A stretch of 44,986 nt of DNA, taken from Bacteroidia bacterium. GTDB lineage: Bacteria; Bacteroidota; Bacteroidia; JAYUJA01. A program made the translations under genes and the position numbers. Below are positions 34,801-44,986 of the stretch, in pieces. Location of the stretch: NCBI GenBank assembly GCA_043765495.1, contig JAYUJA010000008.1, forward strand, positions 1 through 44,986. The letters are read 5' to 3'. The notes under the pieces were generated by a model. It was not told the DNA's origin. It worked only from the letters and a program-made list of their open reading frames with translations, and made no database searches. Every line of letters starts with the position of its first letter. Within the stretch, counting starts at the first letter, position 1.

Positions 34801-35626
34801 AAGAATAATAGCTAATTATCTCGTAAAATTACAAGAAATAAAAGGTAATTTCAAACGTCAAAAATTTGATCTAACCGTTGGAGATGAACTTCCAGTAGGT
34901 ATCATGCAATTAGCAAAAGTATACATCGCCCAAAAACGTAAATTGAAAGTAGGGGATAAAATGGCAGGAAGACATGGTAACAAAGGTATCGTTGCCAAAA
35001 TAGTAAGAGATGAAGATATGCCATATACCGAAGATGGAAAACCAGTGGATATTGTATTGAATCCTCTTGGTGTACCTTCTCGTATGAACTTGGGACAAAT
35101 ATATGAAACAGTATTAGGAGCAGCAGGGTTGAAACTTGGTCTGAAATTCGCTACCCCAATCTTTGATGGTGCAAATATAGATGAAGTAAATTATTATACC
35201 GACCAAGCTGGACTACCTAGATACGGAAAAACACAACTACATAACGGAGAAACAGGAGAGAAATTTGATCAATCTGGAACAGTAGGTGTAATTTATATGT
35301 TGAAATTAGGACACATGGTAGATGATAAAATGCATGCTCGTTCTATAGGACCTTACGCTTTAATAACACAACAACCATTAGGAGGAAAAGCACAATTCGG
35401 AGGACAGCGTTTTGGAGAAATGGAAGTTTGGGCATTGGAAGCATTTGGTGCTGCAAATATCTTACAAGAAATATTAACCCTGAAATCAGATGATGTAATG
35501 GGAAGAGCGAAAGCTTATGAATCCATTGTAAAAGGAGATAATCTACCACAAGCAGGAATACCTGAATCATTTAATGTATTGTTACATGAATTAAGAGGAC
35601 TTGGCTTACGTGTTGATTTAGAATAA
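31826..35626 (+). CDS. rpoB: DNA-directed RNA polymerase subunit beta
   Basis: Full-length RpoB motifs are present ([26 protein letters not shown]). The ATG at 31826 (MQTNPRISF) is preferred to the TTG at 31820. Confidence 0.97.
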   Translation: MQTNPRISFAKSKNLLEYPDFLDIQIQSFKDFFQMETSSENRNSEGLFKVFAENFPITDARNNFVLEFLDYFIDSPRYVLQECIDRGLTYGVPLKAKLRLYCTDPEHEDFEEIIQDVYLGSVPYMTPTGSFIINGAERVVVSQLHRSPGVFFGQSRHANGTKLYSARIIPFKGSWIEFATDINNVMYAYIDRKKKLPVTTLLRAIGYESDKEILEIFGLAEEIKVSRTALKKLIGRKLAARVLRSWSEDFVDEDTGEVVSIERNDIILEREIILENEHVDLIVDAGVKTVILHKEENNAADYSIIYNTLQKDPSNSSKEAIEHIYRQLRNVDPPDEETAKQVIDKLFFSDKRYDLGEVGRYRINKKLGLNTSMETKVLTREDITSIIKHLMELIHSKTDVDDIDHLSNRRIRTVGEQLYGQFGVGLARMARTIRERMNVRDNEVFTPTDLINAKTLSAVISSFFGTNQLSQFMDQTNPLAEVTHKRRISALGPGGLSRERAGFEVRDVHYTHYGRLCTIETPEGPNIGLISSLCVYAKVNSMGFIETPYRKVEEGKVVMGVKPIYLSAEEEETKVVCQANAPINEIGDFTSNRIKARCDGDFLVVEPENLQLMDVGTNQIASIAASLIPFLDHNDANRALMGSNMMRQAVPLLRPEAPIVGTGIEARVAHDSRVMVMAEDEGVVEYVDANEIHIRYDRTEEDELVAFEDSLKIYQLQKFQKTNQCTSITLTPMVRKKDRVIKGQILTQGYSTEDGELAIGRNLRVAFMPWKGYNYEDAIVISERVLREDIFTSVHVEEFTLEVRDTKRGMEELTSDIPNVSEEATKDLDENGLIRIGAEIKPGDILIGKITPKGESDPTPEEKLLRAIFGDKAGDVKDASLKVPPSMTGVVINKFLFKKALKDRKEKQEEKAVTLLIDEAQGKEINILKNKLIDKLFFVVNGKTSQGVYNNYKEEVISKSSKFTIKLLQTVDFETVNTNKWTTDKDKNDIIRRIIANYLVKLQEIKGNFKRQKFDLTVGDELPVGIMQLAKVYIAQKRKLKVGDKMAGRHGNKGIVAKIVRDEDMPYTEDGKPVDIVLNPLGVPSRMNLGQIYETVLGAAGLKLGLKFATPIFDGANIDEVNYYTDQAGLPRYGKTQLHNGETGEKFDQSGTVGVIYMLKLGHMVDDKMHARSIGPYALITQQPLGGKAQFGGQRFGEMEVWALEAFGAANILQEILTLKSDDVMGRAKAYESIVKGDNLPQAGIPESFNVLLHELRGLGLRVDLE

Positions 35627-35669
35627 AATATAAACTATTTCTTTTCCTTAAATTTTTATATACATTACT

Positions 35670-38600
35670 ATGTTTAGTAAAAAAGATAATAAATTAAAAA
35701 GTAATTTCCGTACCATCACCATTAGACTATCTTCCCCAGAAGATATACTAGAACAATCTTTTGGTGAGGTTACAGAACCAGAAACAATTAATTACCGTAC
35801 CTATAAACCAGAACCTGGTGGATTGTTTTGTGAACGAATATTTGGACCAGTTAAGGATTATGAATGTAATTGCGGTAAATATAAACGTATTCGTTATAAA
35901 GGTATTGTATGCGATAGATGTGGAGTAGAAGTGACAGAGAAAAAGGTTAGAAGAGAAAGAATGGGACACATTGAACTAACTGTCCCTGTTGCTCATATCT
36001 GGTATTTTCGCTCTTTGCCAAATAAAATTGGACACTTACTAGGTTGGCCAGCAAAAAAATTGGAATCCATTGTATATTACGAAAGATACGTTATTATACA
36101 AGCTGGAGCCGCAGGTCAATTCGGAGTAGTAGACAATGATTTTATTACAGAAGAAGAATATTTAACGTATACACGTGGCTTACCAAAAGAAAATCAATAT
36201 TTAGAGGACGATGATCCGAATAAATTTATTGCTAAAATGGGAGCAGAAGCAGTGTATATGATGTTGGCAAGAACCAATTTAGACCAACTTTCTTATACCT
36301 TAAGAGATAAAGCTAATAAAGAAACTTCCCAACAAAGAAAACACGAAGCACTAAAAAGATTACAAGTAGTAGAAGCATTCAGAGGAGCAGCATTAAAAGG
36401 GAAATTAAATAGACCAGAATGGATGGTAATGAAAATATTGCCAGTTATTCCACCAGAGTTAAGACCCCTAGTGCCGTTAGATGGAGGAAGATTTGCAGCT
36501 TCTGATTTGAATGACTTATACAGAAGAGTTATTATCCGTAATAATCGTCTGAAAAGATTGATGGAAATTAAAGCTCCTGAAGTAATATTACGTAACGAAA
36601 AACGTATGTTGCAAGAAGCAGTAGATTCCCTATTAGATAATTCAAGAAAAGCAAATGCAGTTAAAACAGATTCTAATAGACCACTAAAATCGCTATCGGA
36701 TAACTTAAAAGGTAAGCCAGGACGATTCCGTCAAAATTTATTAGGAAAACGTGTGGATTATTCTGCTCGTTCTGTAATTATTGTAGGACCAGAACAAAAA
36801 TTGTTTGAATGTGGATTACCAAAAGATATGGCAGCCGAATTATTCAAGCCATTTATTATAAGAAGATTAATAGAAAGAGGAGTAGTAAAAACAGTAAAAT
36901 CTGCAAAGAAAATTGTAGATAGAAAAGACGCTATCGTATGGGATATTCTAGAAAATGTAATGAAAGGACATCCTGTATTATTAAACAGAGCACCCACATT
37001 ACACCGTTTATCTATACAAGCCTTCCAACCTAAATTAATAGAAGGAAAAGCAATCCAATTACACCCATTAGTATGTAATGCCTTTAATGCGGATTTTGAT
37101 GGCGATCAAATGGCTGTCCATCTACCACTAGGAAATGCAGCAATATTGGAAGCACAACTATTGATGCTAGCGTCACATAATATCTTAAATCCAGCAAATG
37201 GAGCTCCTGTAACCGTTCCTTCACAGGACATGGTTCTAGGATTATATTACATGACAAAAGGAAAAAGAAATTTACCTGAAGATCCTATTAAAGGAGAAGG
37301 TAAAATATTTTATTCCGCAGAAGAAGTAATTATAGCCTATAATGAGAAAAAAGTAGACCTTCATGCACATATCAAAGTAAAAGCAAATGTAAAAGAAGGA
37401 GAAAATTTTATCTATAAATTAATAGAAACCACAGTCGGAAGAGTATTGTTTAACCTAGTAACTCCCAAAGAAGTAGGATTTATTAACGAACCTCTTACTA
37501 AAAAGAGTTTGAGAGACATCATCGGAAGAATCGTGAAAGAAGCAGGTATTCCTATCGCCGCTAATTTCTTGGATAATATCAAAGATATGGGATTCAAAAT
37601 GGCATTCCAAGGTGGTCTTTCCTTTAATCTCGCAGATGTAGTAGTACCAGAAGACAAACCGAAAATTATAGCAAAAGCACAAGAACAAGCAGATGAAGTA
37701 ATGGCAAACTATAACATGGGTTTCATTACTAATAACGAACGTTACAATCAGATTATCGATATATGGACACGTGCAGATAACAAGCTTACACAGCAAGTAA
37801 TGAAGCATCTTATCGAAGATAGACAAGGATTTAACTCGGTATACATGATGCTAGATTCTGGAGCAAGGGGTTCTAAACAGCAAATCAAACAGCTAGCAGG
37901 TATGCGTGGTTTGATGGCAAAACCTCAAAAATCAGGCGCAGCAGGTAATGAGATTATCGAAAATCCAATTTTGGCAAACTTTAGAGAAGGTTTATCTATT
38001 TTGGAATACTTTATCTCTACTCACGGAGCTAGAAAAGGATTAGCAGATACGGCATTAAAAACAGCAGATGCTGGTTACTTAACTCGTCGTTTGCATGATG
38101 TAGCACAAGATGTGATTATTACAGAAAGTGATTGTGGTACACTAAAAGGATTAGTAGCCACCCCGCTAAAAAATGGAGACGATATAGTAGAAAGTTTAAG
38201 CGATAGAATATTAGGAAGAGTATCTCTACACGATGTATATCACCCAAATACAAATGAACTAATTGTATATTCAGGAGAACAAATTACAGAAGAAATAGCA
38301 GAGTTAGTAGAAAATTCTCCTATCGAAATGTTTGAAATTCGTTCTGTACTTACATGTGAAGCAAAACAGGGAGTATGTGCAAAATGTTATGGAAGAAACC
38401 TTGCCACAGGTAGAATGGTAGAAATGGGAGAAGCTGTTGGAGTAGTCGCTTCCCAATCTATTGGAGAACCTGGTACACAGCTTACTTTACGTACATTCCA
38501 CGTTGGAGGAACAGCTTCTAATATTGCCGCATCGTCTCGTATTGATGCTAAATACGATGGAGTACTTGAAATAGATGAGTTACGTACCGTTCCTTATGTA

Positions 38601-39965
38601 CACAAAGAACAAAATGTAGACGCTGTTGTAGGACGTTCCGCAGAAATGAGAATCATAGACCCTAATACAAAAGCTATCCTCACAACTGCAAACATCCCGT
38701 ATGGAGCATATATGTTCTTAAAAGAAGGTACTGCCGTGAAAAAAGGAGAGTTAATATGTGAATGGGATCCATACAATGCCGTAATTATATCTGAAACTTC
38801 AGGTAAAATAGAATTTGAAAATATTGTAGAAGGTATTACGTTTAGAGAAGAAGTAGATGAGCAAACTGGATTTAGAGAAAAAGTAATCATCGAACGTAAA
38901 GATAAAACCAGAAATCCATCTATCAAAATTTTATCTACTACCAAAGAAGTAATCAAAACCTATAACTTACCAGTAGGAGCGCACATTATTGTAAACGATA
39001 ACGCTAAAATTAAAGCAGGAGAAATATTAGTTAAAATTCCTCGCTCATTAGGAAAATCTTCGGATATTACAGGAGGTCTACCACGTGTGACAGAATTATT
39101 TGAAGCTAGAAATCCTTCTAACCCAGCAGTAGTAGCAGAAATTGATGGAATTATTTCTTTCGGAAAAATAAAACGTGGAAATAGAGAAGTTATTGTGACT
39201 GCACGTACTGGCGAAGAACATAAATATTTAGCATCTCTTACTAAACATATTTTAGTACAAGAAAATGACTTCGTAAGAGCAGGTACACCACTTACCGATG
39301 GAGCAATTACACCAGTAGATATATTACAAATCAAAGGACCAACAAAAGTACAAGAGTATATCGTAAATGAAATACAAGAAGTATATCGCTTACAAGGAGT
39401 GAAAATTAATGATAAACACTTTGAAGTAATTGTTCGTCAGATGATGCGTAAAGTAGAAATTATTGATCCAGGTGATTCTAAATTCCTAGAAGGAGAATTA
39501 GTAAGTAAATTAGCCTTTATCGCAGAAAATGATGTGATGTTTGATAAAAAAGTGGTAATAGATAGCGGAGATTCCAATACTCTAAAACCTGGTATGGTGA
39601 TAAGCTCTCGTAAGTTAAGAGACGAAAATTCTAGCCTAAAACGTAAAGATGCAAAATTAGTAGAAGCAAGAGAAGGAATGCCAGCAACCTCTAATCAACG
39701 CCTACAAGGTATCACAAGAGCAGCATTACAAACTACTAGTTTTATATCAGCAGCTTCTTTCCAAGAAACTACAAAAGTATTGAACGAAGCAGCAGTAGCA
39801 GCAAAAACAGATTACCTACTAGGATTGAAAGAAAATGTAATCGTTGGTAAATTAATTCCAGCAGGAACAGGATTGATGCAATACGAAAATTTAGTAGTAG
39901 GATCAAAAGAAGAATTCGAAGCACTCACAGCAAGTAAAAAACGTAGAGAATCATTATCAGAATAA
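35670..39965 (+). CDS. rpoC: DNA-directed RNA polymerase subunit beta'
   Basis: A zinc motif ([23 protein letters not shown]), the catalytic NADFDGDQM motif and a C-terminal conserved region. Confidence 0.97.
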   Translation: MFSKKDNKLKSNFRTITIRLSSPEDILEQSFGEVTEPETINYRTYKPEPGGLFCERIFGPVKDYECNCGKYKRIRYKGIVCDRCGVEVTEKKVRRERMGHIELTVPVAHIWYFRSLPNKIGHLLGWPAKKLESIVYYERYVIIQAGAAGQFGVVDNDFITEEEYLTYTRGLPKENQYLEDDDPNKFIAKMGAEAVYMMLARTNLDQLSYTLRDKANKETSQQRKHEALKRLQVVEAFRGAALKGKLNRPEWMVMKILPVIPPELRPLVPLDGGRFAASDLNDLYRRVIIRNNRLKRLMEIKAPEVILRNEKRMLQEAVDSLLDNSRKANAVKTDSNRPLKSLSDNLKGKPGRFRQNLLGKRVDYSARSVIIVGPEQKLFECGLPKDMAAELFKPFIIRRLIERGVVKTVKSAKKIVDRKDAIVWDILENVMKGHPVLLNRAPTLHRLSIQAFQPKLIEGKAIQLHPLVCNAFNADFDGDQMAVHLPLGNAAILEAQLLMLASHNILNPANGAPVTVPSQDMVLGLYYMTKGKRNLPEDPIKGEGKIFYSAEEVIIAYNEKKVDLHAHIKVKANVKEGENFIYKLIETTVGRVLFNLVTPKEVGFINEPLTKKSLRDIIGRIVKEAGIPIAANFLDNIKDMGFKMAFQGGLSFNLADVVVPEDKPKIIAKAQEQADEVMANYNMGFITNNERYNQIIDIWTRADNKLTQQVMKHLIEDRQGFNSVYMMLDSGARGSKQQIKQLAGMRGLMAKPQKSGAAGNEIIENPILANFREGLSILEYFISTHGARKGLADTALKTADAGYLTRRLHDVAQDVIITESDCGTLKGLVATPLKNGDDIVESLSDRILGRVSLHDVYHPNTNELIVYSGEQITEEIAELVENSPIEMFEIRSVLTCEAKQGVCAKCYGRNLATGRMVEMGEAVGVVASQSIGEPGTQLTLRTFHVGGTASNIAASSRIDAKYDGVLEIDELRTVPYVHKEQNVDAVVGRSAEMRIIDPNTKAILTTANIPYGAYMFLKEGTAVKKGELICEWDPYNAVIISETSGKIEFENIVEGITFREEVDEQTGFREKVIIERKDKTRNPSIKILSTTKEVIKTYNLPVGAHIIVNDNAKIKAGEILVKIPRSLGKSSDITGGLPRVTELFEARNPSNPAVVAEIDGIISFGKIKRGNREVIVTARTGEEHKYLASLTKHILVQENDFVRAGTPLTDGAITPVDILQIKGPTKVQEYIVNEIQEVYRLQGVKINDKHFEVIVRQMMRKVEIIDPGDSKFLEGELVSKLAFIAENDVMFDKKVVIDSGDSNTLKPGMVISSRKLRDENSSLKRKDAKLVEAREGMPATSNQRLQGITRAALQTTSFISAASFQETTKVLNEAAVAAKTDYLLGLKENVIVGKLIPAGTGLMQYENLVVGSKEEFEALTASKKRRESLSE

Positions 39966-39982
39966 ACTAAAAATAATAACAC

Positions 39983-40020
39983 AAAGGCTCTTCTAAATTA
40001 TCAGAAGAGCCTTTTATTTT
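39983..40020 (+). terminator. Rho-independent terminator after rpoC
   Basis: A 12-bp stem AAAGGCTCTTCT (39983-39994) / AGAAGAGCCTTT (40003-40014), followed by TATTTT. Confidence 0.75.
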
Positions 40021-40031
40021 GTAATAAAATG

Positions 40032-40039
40032 TATCTTTG
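40032..40039 (+). promoter_or_regulatory. Candidate -7 promoter box TATCTTTG
   Basis: Exact TAnnTTTG match 57 nt upstream of the nadE ATG. Confidence 0.4.
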
Positions 40040-40095
40040 TAAAATAATAAAATAAATAAATAAATGTTTCACGTGGAACAAATACTTTTCTTACT

Positions 40096-41778
40096 ATGCA
40101 AATAGCTATCGCTCAACTCAATTATCATATCGGTAATATTACACAAAATACAGCAAAAATTATACAGACAATACAACGGGCAAAACAAGATAAGGTAGAT
40201 TTAGTTGTTTTTGCAGAAATGTCTGTATGTGGGTATTTACCTATGGATTTATTAGAATTTGATGATTTTATTGATGCTTCTATACATGCCGTTCATACAA
40301 TAGCTCCTTATTGTACAGATATTGCAGCCATAGTAGGAGCACCTTCCCGAAATACAGAAAATACAGGAAAAAAATTGTTTAATTCTGCTTATTTTTTAGA
40401 AAATGGGACAATAAAACAAGTTTACAACAAAGGATTATTGCCCAATTACGATGTTTTTGATGAATATAGATACTTTGAGCCAGCAACTACTTTCCTACCT
40501 ATTCAGTACAAAGATAAAATTATCGCTTTGACTATCTGTGAAGATATATGGGATATACAGCCACAACCTATGTACGACCTAGATCCGCTAACACAGCTAG
40601 CAACACATAATCCAGATTTTATTATTAATATATCTGCTTCACCTTACGCCGCAACACACGCTTGGGATAGGAAAAATATATTAAATCATCAAACTACTAA
40701 ACATAATGTTCCAATCGTATACGTTAATTATTTAGGAACTGCAACAGAAGTACTTTTTGAAGGAAGTTCCATTATAGTAAATAAAGAAGGTAATATCGTA
40801 CTGGAATTAGATGTGTGGAAAGAAGATTATAGAATAATAGATATCAATACAATACAACAAGCTAAAAATACTACTTGGAATGCTGATTTCTATAAAGAAC
40901 TTGCTATACAGTCTAAACCTAAAAATAACTACGATGCATTAGTCTTTGGAGTGCAAGAATATTTCAGAAAAATGAATTTCAAAAAAGCTATACTAGGATT
41001 ATCAGGCGGAATAGATTCCGCTGTCACCGCTGTGATTGCAGTAAAAGCATTAGGAGCAGAAAATGTTTTAGCCGTATTAATGCCATCTTCCTACTCTTCC
41101 GAACACTCTCTTCAAGATGCTCTACAATTAGCAAAAAATATAAATTGTAGCCATAAAATAATTCCTATTAAAGATATGTACCAATCCTTTTCAGATAACT
41201 TATTACCTCATTTTGAAGGTATACCATTTAATGTAACCGAAGAAAATTTACAAGCTAGAATAAGAGGAACTACGCTAATGGCATTGTCTAATAAACTGGG
41301 TTATATACTTCTAAATACAACCAATAAAAGCGAAGCAGCAGTCGGTTATGGCACATTATACGGAGATTTATGCGGCGGATTAGCAGTATTGGCAGACGTT
41401 TATAAAACAGAAATATATGATTTAGTGCATTATATAAATAAAGATACGGAGATAATTCCCCAAACAATAATATCTAAACCCCCTTCCGCTGAATTAAGAC
41501 CTAATCAAAAAGATAGTGACTCGCTTCCTGAATATGCTGTTCTGGATAAGATAATATACGAGTTTGTAGAAAGAAAACAATCATTAAAACAAATAATTTC
41601 ATCTCAAAGTATAGATAATGAGATAGTTAACTTTGTTTTGAAATTAATTAAAAATAGTGAATACAAACGTTATCAAACAGCTCCAGCAATCCGAATCTCC
41701 TCTAAAGCCTTTGGTATAGGCAGAAGAATGCCACTAGATGCACTATATGATGGTGTAACAACGAATTACGAAAAATAA
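40096..41778 (+). CDS. nadE: Glutamine-dependent NAD+ synthetase (CN-hydrolase domain plus NAD synthetase domain)
   Basis: The N-terminal nitrilase-type domain has VVFAEMS...LTICEDIW. The C-terminal PP-loop is GLSGGIDSAV. Length 560 aa. Confidence 0.9.
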   Translation: MQIAIAQLNYHIGNITQNTAKIIQTIQRAKQDKVDLVVFAEMSVCGYLPMDLLEFDDFIDASIHAVHTIAPYCTDIAAIVGAPSRNTENTGKKLFNSAYFLENGTIKQVYNKGLLPNYDVFDEYRYFEPATTFLPIQYKDKIIALTICEDIWDIQPQPMYDLDPLTQLATHNPDFIINISASPYAATHAWDRKNILNHQTTKHNVPIVYVNYLGTATEVLFEGSSIIVNKEGNIVLELDVWKEDYRIIDINTIQQAKNTTWNADFYKELAIQSKPKNNYDALVFGVQEYFRKMNFKKAILGLSGGIDSAVTAVIAVKALGAENVLAVLMPSSYSSEHSLQDALQLAKNINCSHKIIPIKDMYQSFSDNLLPHFEGIPFNVTEENLQARIRGTTLMALSNKLGYILLNTTNKSEAAVGYGTLYGDLCGGLAVLADVYKTEIYDLVHYINKDTEIIPQTIISKPPSAELRPNQKDSDSLPEYAVLDKIIYEFVERKQSLKQIISSQSIDNEIVNFVLKLIKNSEYKRYQTAPAIRISSKAFGIGRRMPLDALYDGVTTNYEK

Positions 41779-41825
41779 AATTGATATTTAATGCAAATAA
41801 AAGTTGGATATTAAAAAATATAGAG

Positions 41826-41833
41826 TAATTTTG
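41826..41833 (+). promoter_or_regulatory. Candidate -7 promoter box TAATTTTG
   Basis: Exact TAnnTTTG match 34 nt upstream of the ATG at 41867. Confidence 0.4.
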
Positions 41834-41866
41834 CCGTTCAAACATAATCAATTAATGTACATCTAC

Positions 41867-44800
41867 ATGAAGAAATTTTACAGTTTTATTTTGCTTACTT
41901 TAAGCTTGTTAGGATTTTCTGATCAATTAATCAGTCAAAATTGCCCTACTATCACTAGTGTTGTCGCACAACCAGAAATATGTCGTGGTAAAGGCGGTAT
42001 GCTTGAAGTTATAGTAACTAATCCTGCTTATCCAGGTATCCAATATGCGATAGTAGACGCCACAGGTACTCCCGTTTTAGGGCCTCAATCTTCCCCAATT
42101 TTTATAAATATCCCCGTAGGTAATTACCAAGCTGTTGTTGGAGCTAATGGTATGCCTCCTTGTTTCCCTGTTTTCCCAGGTACTAGGTTTTCTATTGTAG
42201 CAGACCCTTTATTTGCTAGATTAAGACGGGTTAATAATGTAAGTTGTTATGGTGGTAACGATGGTCAGGTTTCTATTAGAGTTGGAGGTGGTGGTACGAT
42301 GGGTACTACTATTACCCCTTCTAATACTACTGCTTTGACAGCAGGAACATATCAATTTGTTGTAACAAGTAACCAAGATCCTTCTTGTCCTGATACAATT
42401 AATGTAACGATTACCCAGCCAGATAGTATACAAATAACAAGTTTAGATATCGTACGTAAGCCTTGTACAGATAGTGCAATGGTAACGATAGTAGGAGAGG
42501 GAGGAACAGGAACGTTAAAATACATAGCAAACGGTGATACCTCTGCAACAGGAGTCTTTCCTAAATTAGCAGGACAGGTAATGATTACTATTTTAGATAG
42601 CAACGGATGTAGCCTAGATACAATGATAAATATTGTACCAGGAAAATCCTCCATTAACCTTGAAGTAAATAGTAATAGTGTAAGTTGTAAAGGAGATTCT
42701 AGTGCATTTATTAGTACATCTGTTTCTGGAGGAGTTTCACCATATACTGCATATATTACTAGCTTAAATGATACAATAGTAATAAATAGTACTAATTCTA
42801 GTACTTATACTTATGGCTATCCAGCAGGAGAGTATATTGTAAAAGTAGTAGATTCTCTAGGTTGTCAAAAATTAGATACAGTAGTAATTACTGAACCATC
42901 AGAAATATTGATGATTGATTCTATTGTTGTTAGCAATAATATTTGTAATGGCAATGGTGGTACTGTGAAAGTAGTAATTACTGGAGGTGTTAGTAATCAA
43001 GGAGGTAAGAACTATTATTCTTTAGTTTCTTCAGATTTATCAAAATCATATGATTTAAGATCTATTGATACAAATATTACATTTACAGGAATAGCAGCAG
43101 ATACATATAATTTAGTTGTTATGGATAGTTTATTCTGTCAAGTAGATACAATGAATATTATAATTACAGAACCATTATCTTTAACTAATGTTATTGTAAC
43201 TCCTTTAGCTTGTGGAAAAGATACGGCAATGGTAAAAATAATAGCACGTAATTTAGATAATACAACCCCATTTATTTACAAATTAATAGTAGGAACAGAC
43301 TCTTTAGTAAATACTACTGGCATGTTTGATAATGTTGTTTTAGGAAATTGTACTTTAGTTGTATGTGATACCATAACAGGTTGTTGCGTAAGAAAAGATA
43401 CACTTCTGAAACCAACTGTAGGATTTAGATTAAATTATAAATACACCTCTAATGTAGCATGTAAAGGTGCTTCAACAGGAATTATAACATCAGGTGTAAT
43501 AGGTGGTATCTCACCCTTTGATTATTATATAATTAAAGGTACTGATACAGTATATTCTTTATTAGATACCTCTGTTATAGATATTAATACAAGTGAAATA
43601 CTGTCAGCAGGATTATATACTATATTGGCTATTGATTCTACAAATTGTATTGTAAAAGATACTATTCGTATAAAAGAACCAGCTAATTACTTTACTATAG
43701 ATACTATTATTATAGAAAATCTAGTATGTAATGATAGTAACGGTGGAAGTCTTACTGTTTCAATAAATGGTACAACATCAGGACCATATGGGTATAATGT
43801 AATAGGGTTACATAAATCATATAACAATTGGGTTAGTACAGCAGATACATCTGTTACATTAACAGGATTGCCATCAGATACTTACAGACTAGCAATTTAT
43901 AATTCAGAAGCGTGTATAATAGACACTAATTTTATAATTACAGAGCCAGTAAGTTTAGATAGCGTTAAAACTCTTCCGTTGTCTTGTGGTAGTGATACAG
44001 CTAAATTCGTAATATACGCACACAATTTACAAGGAACAACACCATTTAAGTACCAGTTAGTTTCAGGAACAGATACTATCACAAATTTTACAGGTATGTT
44101 TGATAGTATAGCAATGCCAGGTACATTTACATTGTTAGTATACGATACCATAGCTAATTGTACTGTATCTCAAGTAGTAACTGTAAATGTAGATAGTTTC
44201 CAAGTAACACTAATTGATTCAAGTGATGTAAGATGTAAAGGAGATAGTACAGGTTATGTTTATCTACAAATTAATGGTGGAAATACGCCATATACCTACA
44301 CATTAACTTCTGCTTCAAAAACGGATACAGTTGTAACAGTTAATTCAAATATATTCTTCGGTAGTTTATTACCAGGTAGATATGAATTACAAATTGTAGA
44401 TGCTTTAGGTTGTACATTGAAAAATATTGTGTATATACAAGAGCCTAGTGTAGATTTTATGATAGATACAGTTATTGTTAAAGATATAACTTGTAAAGGA
44501 TCTTCTAATGGTCAGATAGATATAACAATATCTAATAGTGGTTCTACTCCATACAGGTATTTCATAACAGGTATGAATACTGGATACCGTCTTGATAGTG
44601 CTACAGTAGATACTACTTTGTTGCTAACAGGTTTAATGCCAGATAAATATTTTATTTATGTAGTGGCTGATAATTATTGTTTTGATACAATGACAGTAGA
44701 AGTTAAAGATGCAGTATTGTTTATGACAGATAGTATTGGAGTTATTAATCCAATATGTGGTAATATTAAAGGGAGTATATTGGTTAGTGTAATGGGAGGT

Positions 44801-44986
44801 CAATCACCATATAATTATTATGTAATAAATGGAATGGACACAGTAGCTACTAAAATGGCAACTATGGATACATTTATTACTGTTAATAATTTAGGTTTAG
44901 GAAGTTATAGCATAGTAGTAATGGATAGCAACGGTTGTAAACTAGTTATAGATACTATAATTACACAACCAGCTGTTATTATGATA
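41867..44986 (+). CDS. Giant secreted SprB-repeat cell-surface protein (gliding-motility/T9SS adhesin-like), 3'-truncated by the window edge
   Basis: Not in the supplied ORF track. I translated all 1040 codons from the ATG at 41867 to the window end and found no stop. A signal peptide is present (MKKFYSFILLTLSLLGFS). There are about 12 modules of about 85 aa, with the pattern VSCxGxxDGxI...GGxxPYxY...D(S/A)xGC...I(T/Q/K)EP. Confidence 0.8.
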   Translation, partial: MKKFYSFILLTLSLLGFSDQLISQNCPTITSVVAQPEICRGKGGMLEVIVTNPAYPGIQYAIVDATGTPVLGPQSSPIFINIPVGNYQAVVGANGMPPCFPVFPGTRFSIVADPLFARLRRVNNVSCYGGNDGQVSIRVGGGGTMGTTITPSNTTALTAGTYQFVVTSNQDPSCPDTINVTITQPDSIQITSLDIVRKPCTDSAMVTIVGEGGTGTLKYIANGDTSATGVFPKLAGQVMITILDSNGCSLDTMINIVPGKSSINLEVNSNSVSCKGDSSAFISTSVSGGVSPYTAYITSLNDTIVINSTNSSTYTYGYPAGEYIVKVVDSLGCQKLDTVVITEPSEILMIDSIVVSNNICNGNGGTVKVVITGGVSNQGGKNYYSLVSSDLSKSYDLRSIDTNITFTGIAADTYNLVVMDSLFCQVDTMNIIITEPLSLTNVIVTPLACGKDTAMVKIIARNLDNTTPFIYKLIVGTDSLVNTTGMFDNVVLGNCTLVVCDTITGCCVRKDTLLKPTVGFRLNYKYTSNVACKGASTGIITSGVIGGISPFDYYIIKGTDTVYSLLDTSVIDINTSEILSAGLYTILAIDSTNCIVKDTIRIKEPANYFTIDTIIIENLVCNDSNGGSLTVSINGTTSGPYGYNVIGLHKSYNNWVSTADTSVTLTGLPSDTYRLAIYNSEACIIDTNFIITEPVSLDSVKTLPLSCGSDTAKFVIYAHNLQGTTPFKYQLVSGTDTITNFTGMFDSIAMPGTFTLLVYDTIANCTVSQVVTVNVDSFQVTLIDSSDVRCKGDSTGYVYLQINGGNTPYTYTLTSASKTDTVVTVNSNIFFGSLLPGRYELQIVDALGCTLKNIVYIQEPSVDFMIDTVIVKDITCKGSSNGQIDITISNSGSTPYRYFITGMNTGYRLDSATVDTTLLLTGLMPDKYFIYVVADNYCFDTMTVEVKDAVLFMTDSIGVINPICGNIKGSILVSVMGGQSPYNYYVINGMDTVATKMATMDTFITVNNLGLGSYSIVVMDSNGCKLVIDTIITQPAVIMI

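Noticed and set aside
29643-39334. Many minus-strand ORFs inside rplK, rplA, rplJ, rpoB and rpoC
   Set aside because: They are antisense to universally conserved genes and have no independent support.
42221-44151. Minus-strand ORFs 42221-42433, 42352-42654 and 43897-44151
   Set aside because: They are shadows of the 1040-codon plus-strand SprB-repeat ORF, which I verified to be stop-free.

Overview
This is a low-GC window of about 45 kb. It looks like Bacteroidota (Flavobacteriia/Cytophagia-like) chromosome. The reasons are recurrent TAnnTTTG -7 promoter boxes 15-40 nt upstream of genes, no obvious Shine-Dalgarno sequences, a MurF/Alr fusion, SprB-repeat adhesin sequence, and the order tRNA-Trp, secE, nusG, rplKAJL, rpoBC.

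The conserved backbone has these genes:
- alr (5'-truncated), an ECF sigma factor, a CCG-type Fe-S protein, an ABC exporter, a BON/LysM protein and a DUF5686-like protein
- a porin/imelysin/DUF1111 iron cluster, terC, ispH and a BadF-type sugar kinase
- the thrU-tyrU-glyT-thrT-tuf tRNA/EF-Tu cluster, the secE-rpoC block and nadE
- a giant SprB-repeat protein that runs off the 3' edge and is missing from the supplied ORF track

Two accessory blocks stand out.

(1) 1698-8635 is a tightly coupled + strand operon. It encodes a MotB/OmpA-like anchor, a minimal MotA/ExbB-like channel with a tail of about 400 aa predicted to be helical, a ZorC-position protein, and an SNF2 ATPase of about 1090 aa with a C-terminal Mrr-like nuclease. 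This is a Zorya type-I-like anti-phage system, but with B-before-A gene order and a compact ZorA. Both the A-like and D-like genes are interrupted at A5 tracts. In each case a single extra A would restore the reading frame.

(2) 16115-18952 on the minus strand holds a Panacea (DUF4065) antitoxin-led three-gene operon and a DUF4041/T5orf172 (GIY-YIG-like) protein.

Smaller oddities:
- a 9-bp tandem repeat that forms the whole 5' UTR of the BON/LysM gene
- a 230-bp element flanked by 25-bp direct repeats between terC and ispH
- an unlisted 48-codon ORF coupled to the kinase gene by an ATGA overlap
- an ORF sitting inside the tRNA-tuf cluster

Everything here comes from reading the sequence and ORF translations by eye. 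No database search, HMM search or folding calculation was run. All family assignments are motif recognition from memory.
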